DNA from: Clostridia bacterium
Lineage (GTDB): Bacteria; Bacillota; Clostridia; TANB77; CAG-508
Assembly: GCA_022793875.1 (NCBI GenBank)
Contig: JAAWDR010000030.1
Coordinates: 2,869 to 66,868, forward strand
DNA length: 64,000 nucleotides
Direction: 5' to 3'
Position numbers and translations under genes: made by a program. Each line of letters opens with the position of its first letter. Position 1 is the stretch's first letter. Below are positions 46,728-56,471 of the stretch, piece after piece. The notes beneath the pieces were generated by a model. It made no database searches, was not told the DNA's origin, and saw only the letters and a list, made by a program, of their open reading frames with translations.

Positions 46728-48527
46728 ATGTTTAATATAGAAGAAGAACTAAAAAAGTTACCAGGAAAACCTGGAGTATATGTAATGAGAGACAAAGATG
46801 ACAATATCATATATGTAGGAAAAGCAATATCATTAAAAAATAGAGTAAGGTCATACTTTAGAAAAACAAACAAGACAGAAAGAATAAAAAAGATGGTTAG
46901 CTTAATAGATCACTTTGAATATATTGTAGTTGATAATGAAGCAGAAGCATTAATATTAGAATGTAATTTAATAAAGAAAAACAGACCTAAATTTAATGTT
47001 TTATTAAAAGATGACAAAACATATCCATATATTAAAATAGATGTAAAATCAGAATACCCAAATGTATTTATAACAAGGAAATTAGTAAATGATGGAGCAA
47101 AATACTTTGGACCATATGCAAATCCAGGGGCAGCAAAAGAAATGTTAGATTTTATAAAACAAAAGTACAAAATACGTCAATGTAAAAATTTTAAATCAAC
47201 AACAAGAGCATGCCTAAATTATCATATAAAAAGATGTTTAGCACCATGTGTTGGATATGTAACACCAGAAGAATACAGAAAACAAATAGATGAAATAATA
47301 GACTTATTAGAAGGAAAAACAGACAAAATAATAAAAGAATTAGAAATAGAAATGCAAAAAGCATCTGAAAGCTTAGATTTTGAAAAAGCAGCAGAATTAA
47401 GGGATAGGAGATTAGCAATAGAAAGAGTATCAGAGAAACAAAAAGTATCTAACATATCAGAAAATAATATAGATGTAATAGGATTATATAAATCAGAAAT
47501 AGAAGTATGTATTGAAATCTTTTTTGTACGTGGAAGCAAAATGATAGGAAGAGAGCACTACTTTTTTAAAGAACTAAAAGATATGGAAGATAGCGAAATT
47601 CTAACAGGATTTATAAAACAATACTATTTAGACAATCCAAATATTCCAAGCAAAATAATGTTAAGAGAAGAATTACCTGAAAAAGACATAATAGAGCAAT
47701 GGTTATCTACAATTTTAGGAAAAAAAGTGGAATTGAAGAGTCCAAAAAAAGGTGAAAAGTTAAGATTTGTTGAAATGGCAGAAAATAATGCAAAAGTAAC
47801 ATTAGAAAATAAAGAAAAAGATAAATCAGAAATATTAATGGAGCTAAAAGAAGTTTTAAAAATGGACAAATTACCACGAAAAATAGAGACTTATGATATA
47901 TCAAATATATCTGGACAATTTATGGTAGCAGCAATGTGTGTAATGGAAGATGGAATTATAAAAAAGAATTTGTCAAGAAGATTTAAAATAAAAACAGTAC
48001 TAACACAAGATGACCCAAAATGTATGGAAGAAGTGGTAACAAGAAGACTTGCACATTCATTAGAAAGTGCAACAGAACAAGAAAAAAAAGGATTTGGAAA
48101 ATTGCCTGATGTAATATTTGCAGATGGAGGGATAACACAAATAAGAGCAATAAAGACAGCAATATCTAAATACGAAGGACAAAAATTATATATAAGGGTA
48201 TTTGGAATGGTAAAAAATGATAAGCATCAAACAAGAGCATTAATAGATGAAAATAGACAAGAGATACCAATATCAGAAAACTTAATGAACTTGATAACTA
48301 AGTTTCAAGATACAGTACATGATACAGCAATTAGCTATCACAGAAAGTTAAGAGAACAATCAATTACACATTCTGAATTAGATGATATTAAGGGAATTGG
48401 TGAGGCAAAGAAGAAGGCTTTATTGAAGCACTTTGGTAGTGTAGAGAAAATTAAGCATGCTACAAAAGAAGAGTTGATGCAAGTAAAGGGCATAACAGAA
48501 GAATTGGCAGAGAAAATGTCCCAATAG
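46728..48527 (+). CDS. uvrC: excinuclease ABC subunit C
   Basis: GIY-YIG (PGVYVMRD..IIYVGKA), UVR domain, RNase-H-like domain, C-terminal (HhH)2. Confidence 0.97.
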   Translation: MFNIEEELKKLPGKPGVYVMRDKDDNIIYVGKAISLKNRVRSYFRKTNKTERIKKMVSLIDHFEYIVVDNEAEALILECNLIKKNRPKFNVLLKDDKTYPYIKIDVKSEYPNVFITRKLVNDGAKYFGPYANPGAAKEMLDFIKQKYKIRQCKNFKSTTRACLNYHIKRCLAPCVGYVTPEEYRKQIDEIIDLLEGKTDKIIKELEIEMQKASESLDFEKAAELRDRRLAIERVSEKQKVSNISENNIDVIGLYKSEIEVCIEIFFVRGSKMIGREHYFFKELKDMEDSEILTGFIKQYYLDNPNIPSKIMLREELPEKDIIEQWLSTILGKKVELKSPKKGEKLRFVEMAENNAKVTLENKEKDKSEILMELKEVLKMDKLPRKIETYDISNISGQFMVAAMCVMEDGIIKKNLSRRFKIKTVLTQDDPKCMEEVVTRRLAHSLESATEQEKKGFGKLPDVIFADGGITQIRAIKTAISKYEGQKLYIRVFGMVKNDKHQTRALIDENRQEIPISENLMNLITKFQDTVHDTAISYHRKLREQSITHSELDDIKGIGEAKKKALLKHFGSVEKIKHATKEELMQVKGITEELAEKMSQ

Positions 48528-48571
48528 GGACGTTTCTTTTTGGGACATTTTGTCCCATTGGGGACACATCT
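48513..48571 (+). repeat. Rep-2 element, copy 3
   Basis: Contains the last 4 codons (KMSQ) and the TAG stop of uvrC. Confidence 0.85.
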
Positions 48572-48743
48572 TTAAAATTGTAATATTAGTTGTGCTGCAG
48601 GAATGCCTCTGAGACCTAATACAGAGTATTCTGAATACAAGTGTGTAAAAGTGGAAGAAAACAAAGATGCAAAAAAGTGATAGCACAAAAAATTAGTAAC
48701 AAAAATCCCTATCTGTACAGGATAGGGATTTTGCTATATAGAA

Positions 48744-48776
48744 ATGTCCTTTTAGGGACTGTCCTCAAAAGGACAT
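48744..48776. repeat. Rep-4 palindrome ATGTCCTTTTAGGGACTGTCCTCAAAAGGACAT
   Basis: Sister copy at 62815-62844. Abuts the stop codon of the minus-strand gene 48776..50341. Confidence 0.75.
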
Positions 48777-50341
48777 CACTTTGATACCAAATATAAATTA
48801 TTTCCAACCTCATAACGAGAATCTGGAGCAACATAAATTTTTTCAAAATTCTCAAAATCAGTATTATCTTTAATTTCTTGAATAACAGCATCATTATCCA
48901 AATAATTCTTAATAGAAAGGATAAAAGAATCTTCATTATTCAAGCTTTCATCATTAACAATATATTGCATTTCATCATTAAACATATTTATAATCAAAGT
49001 TTTTTCATAAATCATCATTTCAGGAACACTTTGCATATGGTTAAAGAAATTATCGTAAACATATACAAAAGATTTGTCTTTATTTTTTTCAGCTATATCT
49101 AAGCACTTTTGATAATCTTTATATAAGAAGATAGGCTCAGAGAATACAAAACCAACAATTACTAAAGCTAAAGAGATAAAACTAATTATAACATTTCTAA
49201 ATTTAATTTTTTCTAATAAAGCATCTAGTACTAAAATAAATGTAATAGCAACAAAAGGAATGATTGGCATTATATATCTTAATTCTTGGAATGATGTCAT
49301 TTTTACTGATATCACAAAGAAGAATATACTAGGTATAGTAAATAATGCAATAACAGTTTTTTCTCTACTTTTCTTAAATAGATATCCAACAGCAATAGCA
49401 AATAATACTAGAACACTAATTATTAATATTGTATTATTTTCATTTATAGAAAAGGCATAAGCTAAGTGTTTTATGTATTGCCAGAAGTGTTCAAGATATC
49501 CTGTATTTCCTAAATTTGATAATCCTCTACTTGAAAATAGTAAGTGTTTTATACATGGTACAAATAGTAAAATTCCTACAACTGCATAAATAATATGATT
49601 AATAAAATATTTTCTTATAATTATTTTATCTTGTTTTGTCCTAATCATTTTTATTAGTATTATTAAAAATACAAATATTGCAAATACTGCAAAGAAATAT
49701 TGTGTAAGAAATCCTAGAACAGTAGTTATACCTAAAATAATTGACATTTTCTTATCCATTTTAAAATCATTTTTATATATTTTTAAAGTTAAATAAAAAT
49801 ATAGTAATACGAAAAATGTTAATAGCATGTACATTCTTTGGAATAGAACCATTGAAATTGTTCCCATAGAAAGTCCATAAAATAGGATACTTGGAAATGC
49901 TAAATTTTCTTTGTCCAGTATTTTTAGTATTTTCTTGATTACAAAGCAACTTAAAATAAATGCTATTATATTTACAACAAATACACTATATAGTGAGAAT
50001 GCACCACCAAATAATATAGTAGAAAAATGTACAAGTGAATAGAATACTGGTGGATGATTATCCCATGCTTGATTTATATATACTGATGCTAAATTGAAGT
50101 AGTTTATTGGTTTTAGGCTCATATAATCTGTTACATAAGAGCGAGATAGCCATACAGGATGGTCGCTATCAACATATTGTGACATTAGTCCATTTACATT
50201 ACTTACTGAAGATGATAGTGTATATCCTTCATCTTCATGTAGTCCTACCTTTTGTGTTTGATAATAAAAGATTATTCCACTTATTATGGCTATTAAAATT
50301 ATTATTAATATGTTTCTGATTTTTTCTTTATTTTTTAACAT
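48776..50341 (-). CDS. GT39/ArnT-like membrane glycosyltransferase candidate
   Basis: 521 aa, multi-TM, with LHEDEGYT in the first loop (DE motif of GT-C enzymes). Confidence 0.55.
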   Translation of the reverse strand: MLKNKEKIRNILIIILIAIISGIIFYYQTQKVGLHEDEGYTLSSSVSNVNGLMSQYVDSDHPVWLSRSYVTDYMSLKPINYFNLASVYINQAWDNHPPVFYSLVHFSTILFGGAFSLYSVFVVNIIAFILSCFVIKKILKILDKENLAFPSILFYGLSMGTISMVLFQRMYMLLTFFVLLYFYLTLKIYKNDFKMDKKMSIILGITTVLGFLTQYFFAVFAIFVFLIILIKMIRTKQDKIIIRKYFINHIIYAVVGILLFVPCIKHLLFSSRGLSNLGNTGYLEHFWQYIKHLAYAFSINENNTILIISVLVLFAIAVGYLFKKSREKTVIALFTIPSIFFFVISVKMTSFQELRYIMPIIPFVAITFILVLDALLEKIKFRNVIISFISLALVIVGFVFSEPIFLYKDYQKCLDIAEKNKDKSFVYVYDNFFNHMQSVPEMMIYEKTLIINMFNDEMQYIVNDESLNNEDSFILSIKNYLDNDAVIQEIKDNTDFENFEKIYVAPDSRYEVGNNLYLVSK

Positions 50342-50504
50342 TTTATTATACCTTCCTTTTTTTTCACATTATAACATTAAATATAGTATTTAACAATAAA
50401 AAATAATAAAAACATTAAACTATAGCTAAGTTCAAATAAAAGTATTTTTTAGAACTTAAATATAGAATAATGTTTTCTTGTATCTAAATACCTTTCAAAT
50501 TAAT

Positions 50505-51329
50505 TTATATTTTTTCAATTTCTTCTTTTGTTAATCCAGTAATAGATATAATTAAATCAATATCTAGTTTTTGTGCTTTCATTTTTCTAGCAGTTTCAAT
50601 TTTATTTTGTTCATAGCCTTTCTCATATCCATATTGTTCTTGAGATTTCATTTCCATTATATATTTTAGTCTTAATTCAGCCATTTCTCTTTCATATTTA
50701 TCTTGACTTATTTCTTTTAAAACATTTTTAGCTTTTTGGATTGCTTCATCATTTTTATCCATAGTCTCATCCTCCGGATTTCTAATAAAATTAACCCACT
50801 TTTCTATTTGAAAATTATTTTCCTTATCTTTATATTTTTCAAACTTAGGCAACTCTATTATACAAAACTCTAACTTGCCTGTCAAGGAAATATTTACATT
50901 TTTATCATTTAGTATTCTCCATTTCGAAATATAAGAATCAATATTTTCAGTTGATTTTAAATTATAATTTGATATTAATATAATTATTACTTTTCTTGAT
51001 TTTAAATAGTCTTCTCCTGATTTTACAGTATTATAATACATACTACTCCAATAATATAAAAGTCTATCTTCCATATTATTCTTATCAACAATCTGCATTT
51101 CAATATCAACATCAATTCTTTCATCGATTTTGGCTTTGATATCTAATATGCCAACTTTGCTATCTGATAAATCTTTTTCCAATATTGGATTATTATCTAA
51201 TTCAACATATGTGATTTCTTTTCCTAAAATCGCACTTAATAAATCTTTTGTAATTTCTTCATTTCCTACATGTCCAAATATTCTTTTGAAAACATAGTCA
51301 TTTTTTGGGTCTAATATAGTATTTTCTAT
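50505..51329 (-). CDS. Rpn-family PD-(D/E)XK recombination-promoting nuclease/putative transposase (start ambiguous)
   Basis: The track ORF starts at TTG 51182, but the frame stays open upstream. That stretch encodes the family N-terminus ILDPKNDYVFKRIFGHVGNEEITKDLLSAILG. The only codon at RBS distance (AAAGGAGG + 9 nt) is ATA at 51329. Confidence 0.7.
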   Translation of the reverse strand: MENTILDPKNDYVFKRIFGHVGNEEITKDLLSAILGKEITYVELDNNPILEKDLSDSKVGILDIKAKIDERIDVDIEMQIVDKNNMEDRLLYYWSSMYYNTVKSGEDYLKSRKVIIILISNYNLKSTENIDSYISKWRILNDKNVNISLTGKLEFCIIELPKFEKYKDKENNFQIEKWVNFIRNPEDETMDKNDEAIQKAKNVLKEISQDKYEREMAELRLKYIMEMKSQEQYGYEKGYEQNKIETARKMKAQKLDIDLIISITGLTKEEIEKI

Positions 51330-51541
51330 AAGCTTTAGCCTCCTTTGTCAATTTGTTTTCAATTTGATTTTTTTTGATTAAATTTTGGCAGAAATGCCAC
51401 GATTTTTTTGAATAAATTTTTAATATTTATAAAGATATTTAAAATACTTAATTATATTAACATAATCTTGTGTATTTAGCAATAAAATTTTGTAATATTT
51501 TTTTTAAAGTAGCATATATATTATAAATGGAGGGGAAAAAT

Positions 51542-51739
51542 ATGGAGAATGTGTTTAATGTCAGGTATGATGCAAAATTGGACAAGGTAGAAATTCCAAA
51601 GGAAAAATATTCAAACAAAATTTTAAACTTAATACAAAAAAATAAATTTATTACACTAGTTTTTTCTAGTTTTATAGCTTTGTCTGCAATAAATTTTTAT
51701 TTGATATATAGTTTTATGAAAATTTTGGAAAATATTTAA
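51542..51739 (+). CDS. hypothetical small membrane protein
   Basis: ATG after GGAGGGG. One C-terminal TM helix. Confidence 0.35.
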   Translation: MENVFNVRYDAKLDKVEIPKEKYSNKILNLIQKNKFITLVFSSFIALSAINFYLIYSFMKILENI

Positions 51740-51788
51740 AAAAAGAAAAAATATGTAGTATAATTATTAGACACGAAGGAGTGATAAT

Positions 51789-52073
51789 ATGAGCATTAAA
51801 TATAATGTAATTATACAAAAAGAAGAAAATTGGTATGTAGGTGGCTGTATGAGTTCAAAATATTCAGTACTGCCACCTAGTAAAGTAGTAAAAGCAATGG
51901 GCAAACTTGGATTTGAAAAATGCTCACAAAAGGTCAGGCATGCAAAATATATTAATTATCAAACAGGAAAAATATTTATAATTCTTATGCAGAATGAAAT
52001 TGCAAAAGCAACTTTTAAAAGCGTCTTAGAACAAGCAGATATTGAATTAGAAGAATTTTTTTTAAATCTATAA
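51789..52073 (+). CDS. hicA: HicA-like toxin domain with a HicB-like N-terminal leader (fusion/degenerate)
   Basis: PSKVVKAMGKLGFEKCSQKVRHAKY...EIAKATFKSVLEQADI matches the HicA fold, but GSH is VRH here. The first 20 aa (KYNVIIQKEENWYVGGC) resemble a HicB N-terminus. Confidence 0.6.
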   Translation: MSIKYNVIIQKEENWYVGGCMSSKYSVLPPSKVVKAMGKLGFEKCSQKVRHAKYINYQTGKIFIILMQNEIAKATFKSVLEQADIELEEFFLNL

Positions 52074-52404
52074 ATTTATTAAAATATTAAATCTTAAAAA
52101 ATCCCTTTAAAAAGTAAATAAAATATGGTAAAATTGTATTGATTTAAAGAAAAGAGTGTATGTATATGGAAATTAATACAATAATAAATACATTGTTGAA
52201 TATAGAAAAACAATATAAACAAAATGATTATAATCGGAGTTAATACAGAAAAAAATAATTTTAAAATAAATAGTAAAATACAATGTATTCAAATAGAAAT
52301 ATCTAGAAAATATAGAAAAGAACAATTAGTAGAAACATTAGGAGCATTTGAAAATGTAATAGAAAAATGAATAATATTATTTAAAGGAGATATGAATAAA
52401 AAAG

Positions 52405-53271
52405 ATGATGAAATTAGCAAATGAGTGGAAAGATTATAAAATATTAGATATGGCAGATGGACAGAAATTAGAAAAATGGGGGGATATAGTCTTATCAAGA
52501 CCAGACCCACAAATAATATGGAAAGAAAAAAGTTTTCCAAAGAAATGGAAAGAAATAAATGCTACATATCACAGAAGCAGTTCAGGTGGTGGTTCATGGG
52601 AGTTTAACAAAAAAATACCAGGGCAATGGCAAATAAAATACAAAAATTTAACATTTAATATAAAACCAATGGGATTTAAGCATACAGGATTATTTCCAGA
52701 ACAAGCAGTTAATTGGGATTGGATGATAAATAAAATAAAAGCTGAAAAGAGAGAAATAAAAGTTTTAAATTTATTTGCATATACAGGAGGTGCAACAGTG
52801 GCATGTGCATCAGCAGGAGCAAATGTATGTCATGTTGATAGTTCAAAAGGAATGACAACATGGGCTAAAGAAAATATTGAAAGCTCAGGATTAAAAGATA
52901 GACCTGTAAGATATATTGTTGATGATGTTGTAAAATTCGTAAATAGAGAAATAAGAAGAGGCAACAAATATGATGCAATAATAATGGATCCACCATCATA
53001 TGGAAGAGGAGCAAATGGGGAAGTTTGGCAATTTGAAAATAATATATATGATTTAGTTGAATTATGTACAAATGTATTATCAGATAAGCCATTATTTTTC
53101 TTAATAAATTCATATACAACAGGAATTTCAAGTAAAGTTCTAGAAGATATTTTGAATTTAACAGTTAGTAAAAAATATAAAGGAAAGATAGAATCAGGAG
53201 AAATTGGAATTCCGATGGAAGATTCAAAATTAGTTTTGCCATGTGGAATTTATGGAAGATGGGAAAAATGA
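52405..53271 (+). CDS. class I SAM-dependent methyltransferase (RlmI-like catalytic domain)
   Basis: VLNLFAYTGGATVACASAG...VDSSKG...YDAIIMDPPSYGRG. Confidence 0.75.
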   Translation: MMKLANEWKDYKILDMADGQKLEKWGDIVLSRPDPQIIWKEKSFPKKWKEINATYHRSSSGGGSWEFNKKIPGQWQIKYKNLTFNIKPMGFKHTGLFPEQAVNWDWMINKIKAEKREIKVLNLFAYTGGATVACASAGANVCHVDSSKGMTTWAKENIESSGLKDRPVRYIVDDVVKFVNREIRRGNKYDAIIMDPPSYGRGANGEVWQFENNIYDLVELCTNVLSDKPLFFLINSYTTGISSKVLEDILNLTVSKKYKGKIESGEIGIPMEDSKLVLPCGIYGRWEK

Positions 53272-53307
53272 GACAGATTTGGACTGTCCCACTTGTCTCA
53301 AAGGGGG
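53270..53307 (+). repeat. Rep-3 unit
   Basis: GAGACAGATTTGGACTGTCCCACTTGTCTCAAAGGGGG. Overlaps the TGA of the methyltransferase and supplies the RBS for the 53313 gene. Confidence 0.8.
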
Positions 53308-53312
53308 AAATT

Positions 53313-54002
53313 ATGCAAAATTTAAAAGTATTATATGAAGATAATCATATTATAGTAGTAGAAAAAATGCCTAATATTCCATCACAATCAGATAAAACTG
53401 GTGATACAGATATGCTAACAATTGTAAAACAATATATAAAAGAAAAGTATAATAAACCTGGAAATGTATATTTAGGTTTAGTTCATAGATTAGATAGGCC
53501 AGTTGGTGGAATTATGATTTTTGCTAAGACATCTAAAGCAGCAGGAAGACTTAGCGAACAAGTAAGAGATAAAGTTTTTAAAAAGAAATATTTGTCTGTA
53601 GTAGATGGAAAACTAGAAAAAAGAAGTGGAACATTAGAAGATTATTTATATAAAGATGAACGAAATAATATGAGCAAAGTTGTAGATAAAAATAAGAAAA
53701 ATGCTAAAATAGCTAAATTAGATTATGAAGTGATTATATATAATGAAGTGAAAAATTTGAGTTTGTTAAAGGTAAATTTACATACAGGAAGACATCATCA
53801 AATTCGTGTTCAACTTTCAAATTTTGGTCATAGTATATTTGGTGATCAAAAATATGGAAACAGAGGTCAGGGAAAACAAATTGCTTTATGGGCATATGAA
53901 TTGACAATTAAACATCCAATAACACAAGAAGATATGACATTTAAAGATTTGCCTGAAAGTGTTGGTACATGGTGTATTTTAAAAGATATAAATATTTTGT
54001 AA
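53313..54002 (+). CDS. RluA-family pseudouridine synthase
   Basis: ATG after AAAGGGGG. HRLDRPVGGIMIFAKT and GRHHQIRVQL motifs. Confidence 0.9.
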   Translation: MQNLKVLYEDNHIIVVEKMPNIPSQSDKTGDTDMLTIVKQYIKEKYNKPGNVYLGLVHRLDRPVGGIMIFAKTSKAAGRLSEQVRDKVFKKKYLSVVDGKLEKRSGTLEDYLYKDERNNMSKVVDKNKKNAKIAKLDYEVIIYNEVKNLSLLKVNLHTGRHHQIRVQLSNFGHSIFGDQKYGNRGQGKQIALWAYELTIKHPITQEDMTFKDLPESVGTWCILKDINIL

Positions 54003-54182
54003 AAGGAGATAGATTAGATATAGTTAATCTATGTCTTTTTTTACGAAAGTGTCAAAATACTTTATGAAGATTTTGAAAAAAAATAATATAAATTAAAGAT
54101 GATGTTTGATAAAAATAAAGAGAACAATTAGATTAAAAATGTTAAACTTAATTTAACAAAAGATGAAAAGTGTGGTGAGGAA

Positions 54183-54806
54183 ATGATAGATAAAATTACT
54201 CAAACGCTAACTAATAAAATTAAAAAAGAAATGCCAGAAATAGATGAAGAAAGAGCAGAGATAATAAATTATGGTTTACAAATTCTTTTAGGTGAAGTGC
54301 CAAAAGTTTTTATAATGTTAGGAATTGCATACCTTTTAGGAGTATTTAAATTAAGTTTAATTACATTTTTAATATTAATGCCATATAGAGGAGCATCAGG
54401 AGGATTTCATTTAAGAACACATATAGGATGTATAGTTTCTACATGTACATTTTACTGTGGAGTATCGCTTTTAGCAAAGAATATTATATTAGATGACATA
54501 GCAAAATATTTTTTAGTTATTTTTGTAAATATATTTGGAATAATTATGATAAAACTTTATGCACCAGCAGATACAGAAGATGTACCAATAATAAGTAAAA
54601 AAGTTAGAATGCAAAAACAAGTCTTATCTTATATTTTTTTAGTAATAGGTTTGATTATCGCAAGTATTATTAAAAATAATATAATTTCAAATATAATAAT
54701 TTTTGGTTATATAGCACAAACATTTATGATTACAAGACTTGCATATAGAATGACCAATAGTAAATATGGATATGAGGTATATGAAAATGCTTCAAACCAA
54801 ATTTAG
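54183..54806 (+). CDS. agrB: accessory gene regulator B (AgrD-processing peptidase)
   Basis: 207-aa membrane protein with the RGASGGFHLRTH motif. A small AgrD-like ORF follows. Confidence 0.85.
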   Translation: MIDKITQTLTNKIKKEMPEIDEERAEIINYGLQILLGEVPKVFIMLGIAYLLGVFKLSLITFLILMPYRGASGGFHLRTHIGCIVSTCTFYCGVSLLAKNIILDDIAKYFLVIFVNIFGIIMIKLYAPADTEDVPIISKKVRMQKQVLSYIFLVIGLIIASIIKNNIISNIIIFGYIAQTFMITRLAYRMTNSKYGYEVYENASNQI

Positions 54807-54872
54807 TTAATATTAAAATACAATCCGGATGTATTTTTATATTATAGATATATAACAAAGGAGGAAACCTTT

Positions 54873-54992
54873 ATGTTAAAATTATTAGCAAAAGTAGCAG
54901 AAAAATATGCAAAAACAACTAATACAGCTTGTTTTATTTGGACTACATTACATCAACCAAAAATGCCAGCTAGTTTAGTAAAAAAAGATTAA
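54873..54992 (+). CDS. agrD: AgrD-like autoinducing peptide precursor (39 aa)
   Basis: Below the track cutoff. GGAGG RBS. MLKLLAKVAEKYAKTTNTACFIWTTLHQPKMPASLVKKD has an amphipathic leader, a Cys (candidate thiolactone CFIWT) and a QPxxP recognition tail. Confidence 0.7.
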   Translation: MLKLLAKVAEKYAKTTNTACFIWTTLHQPKMPASLVKKD

Positions 54993-55074
54993 TTAGTTTT
55001 TAATTTTAAGTATAAGTAATCGACATATTTGTACTTAAAACACAATATACTTAATGTTATTATAAACAATCCAC

Positions 55075-55105
55075 TAAAAAAGAACAGATTTAACTGTTCT
55101 TTTTT
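55075..55105. terminator. bidirectional terminator between agrD and the kinase gene
   Basis: AAAAAAGAACAG-ATTTAA-CTGTTCTTTTTT. Confidence 0.75.
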
Positions 55106-55121
55106 AGTTAAAAATAAAATA

Positions 55122-56471
55122 CTAATAATAAATTTCTAATTGTTGAGAAAAATATTTGTCATTTTTAGTAGTATGTAAATTAATGTTATTGTTTTTCTTT
55201 AATATTTGTCTAATTTCCCATAGACCAAGTCCAGAATGATTTTCTTTTCCACTAATACCTTTATTAAAAATATTATCAATATCAACATCCTTATCTTTAT
55301 ACGTATTTTCAATTAAAATTATATTTCTATTATTTTTAGCTTCATTTCTAAAATCTATATTTAATACTTTTTCATCACATTCAGAGGTTGCTTCAATAGC
55401 ATTATCTAATAATATACCTAAAATTCTAGTAAAATCATATATTTTCATATGTAATTCATTTAAATCTAATAAAAATGTAAGATTAATTTTAATACCTTTT
55501 CCTTCTGCTTCACTATATTTTGTTGTAAGTAAACTATATACTCCTGGATTGTTTATAATATCAGGGTTTAAAATATATAAATTACTAACTTTGCTACAAT
55601 CTTCTTCTAATTGTGAATAATATTTTGATAATCCTTCCATATCATTTGTTTTTATATAACCACCAATTGTTGTAACAATATTATCAAAGTCATGTTTAAA
55701 GCCTCTAACACTATCATGCAAAATATGTAATGTTTTATTATATTCTTCAACACTTTCTAATTTTTGTGTTGTTGTAAATAATTTTATTATTTTTATTAAG
55801 CTATATAAACTTAATCCAAAATATATTAATAAACAAATAATATTAAAAAATGTAAACGAGAAAGGAAGAATATCTGTATAATTGGTAATTAAGAAAACTT
55901 GAACTATTATACTAAATAAACCAAAAACAAGATTTAATAATATTATGAATTTATCTTTTTTATTAAAATTATCTATTATATTAAGTGTAATATTTTTATA
56001 TTTTATAATTAATATTAAAATATAAATTATTGAATAGAAAATTGAAGCATATAAAATTCTATATATAGGAATAACTTGTGCATCAATATAAGTAATATTA
56101 AGTAAGTTTAAATATGGATTAATAATTATTTTTTCAATCATCATAAAAAATATACTAGGAAATACTGATGCAACAACAGTTTTTACTATATTCATTTTAA
56201 ATATGAAATATATTATTATAAATGCGAATATATAGTTAAAAATTATATTGAATGGTCTTGGTATAAATAATGCGTTAATAATTGCAACTGAAGATGTTAT
56301 TATAATATATAAATATTTTTGTTTCTTAACATAATTTATATTGAATAAACTACTTACTATTTCAAATGTTAATGGTGCTTCAATAAAAATCATAAAGAAT
56401 ATAGATAAAATACCTATTAGATTCTCATTTGGTGTACTAATAGCAGTCCATATATTATTTAAAATTTCCAC
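55122..56471 (-). CDS. agrC: AgrC/VirS-type membrane sensor histidine kinase
   Basis: About 6 TM, H-box RGFKHDFDN, GHKL motifs LLDNAIEA and HSGLGLWEIRQIL. Confidence 0.85.
   Translation of the reverse strand: MEILNNIWTAISTPNENLIGILSIFFMIFIEAPLTFEIVSSLFNINYVKKQKYLYIIITSSVAIINALFIPRPFNIIFNYIFAFIIIYFIFKMNIVKTVVASVFPSIFFMMIEKIIINPYLNLLNITYIDAQVIPIYRILYASIFYSIIYILILIIKYKNITLNIIDNFNKKDKFIILLNLVFGLFSIIVQVFLITNYTDILPFSFTFFNIICLLIYFGLSLYSLIKIIKLFTTTQKLESVEEYNKTLHILHDSVRGFKHDFDNIVTTIGGYIKTNDMEGLSKYYSQLEEDCSKVSNLYILNPDIINNPGVYSLLTTKYSEAEGKGIKINLTFLLDLNELHMKIYDFTRILGILLDNAIEATSECDEKVLNIDFRNEAKNNRNIILIENTYKDKDVDIDNIFNKGISGKENHSGLGLWEIRQILKKNNNINLHTTKNDKYFSQQLEIYY

Noticed and set aside
8858-48571. Rep-2 and the other repeats as a CRISPR array
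   Set aside because: The copies are tens of kb apart, not regularly spaced with unique spacers, and no cas genes are present.
48420-48936. Minus-strand ORFs 48420..48686 and 48709..48936
   Set aside because: They overlap the uvrC 3' end, Rep-2, a terminator hairpin (48700-48731) and the GT39-like gene 3' end. They have no RBS and their composition is low-complexity.
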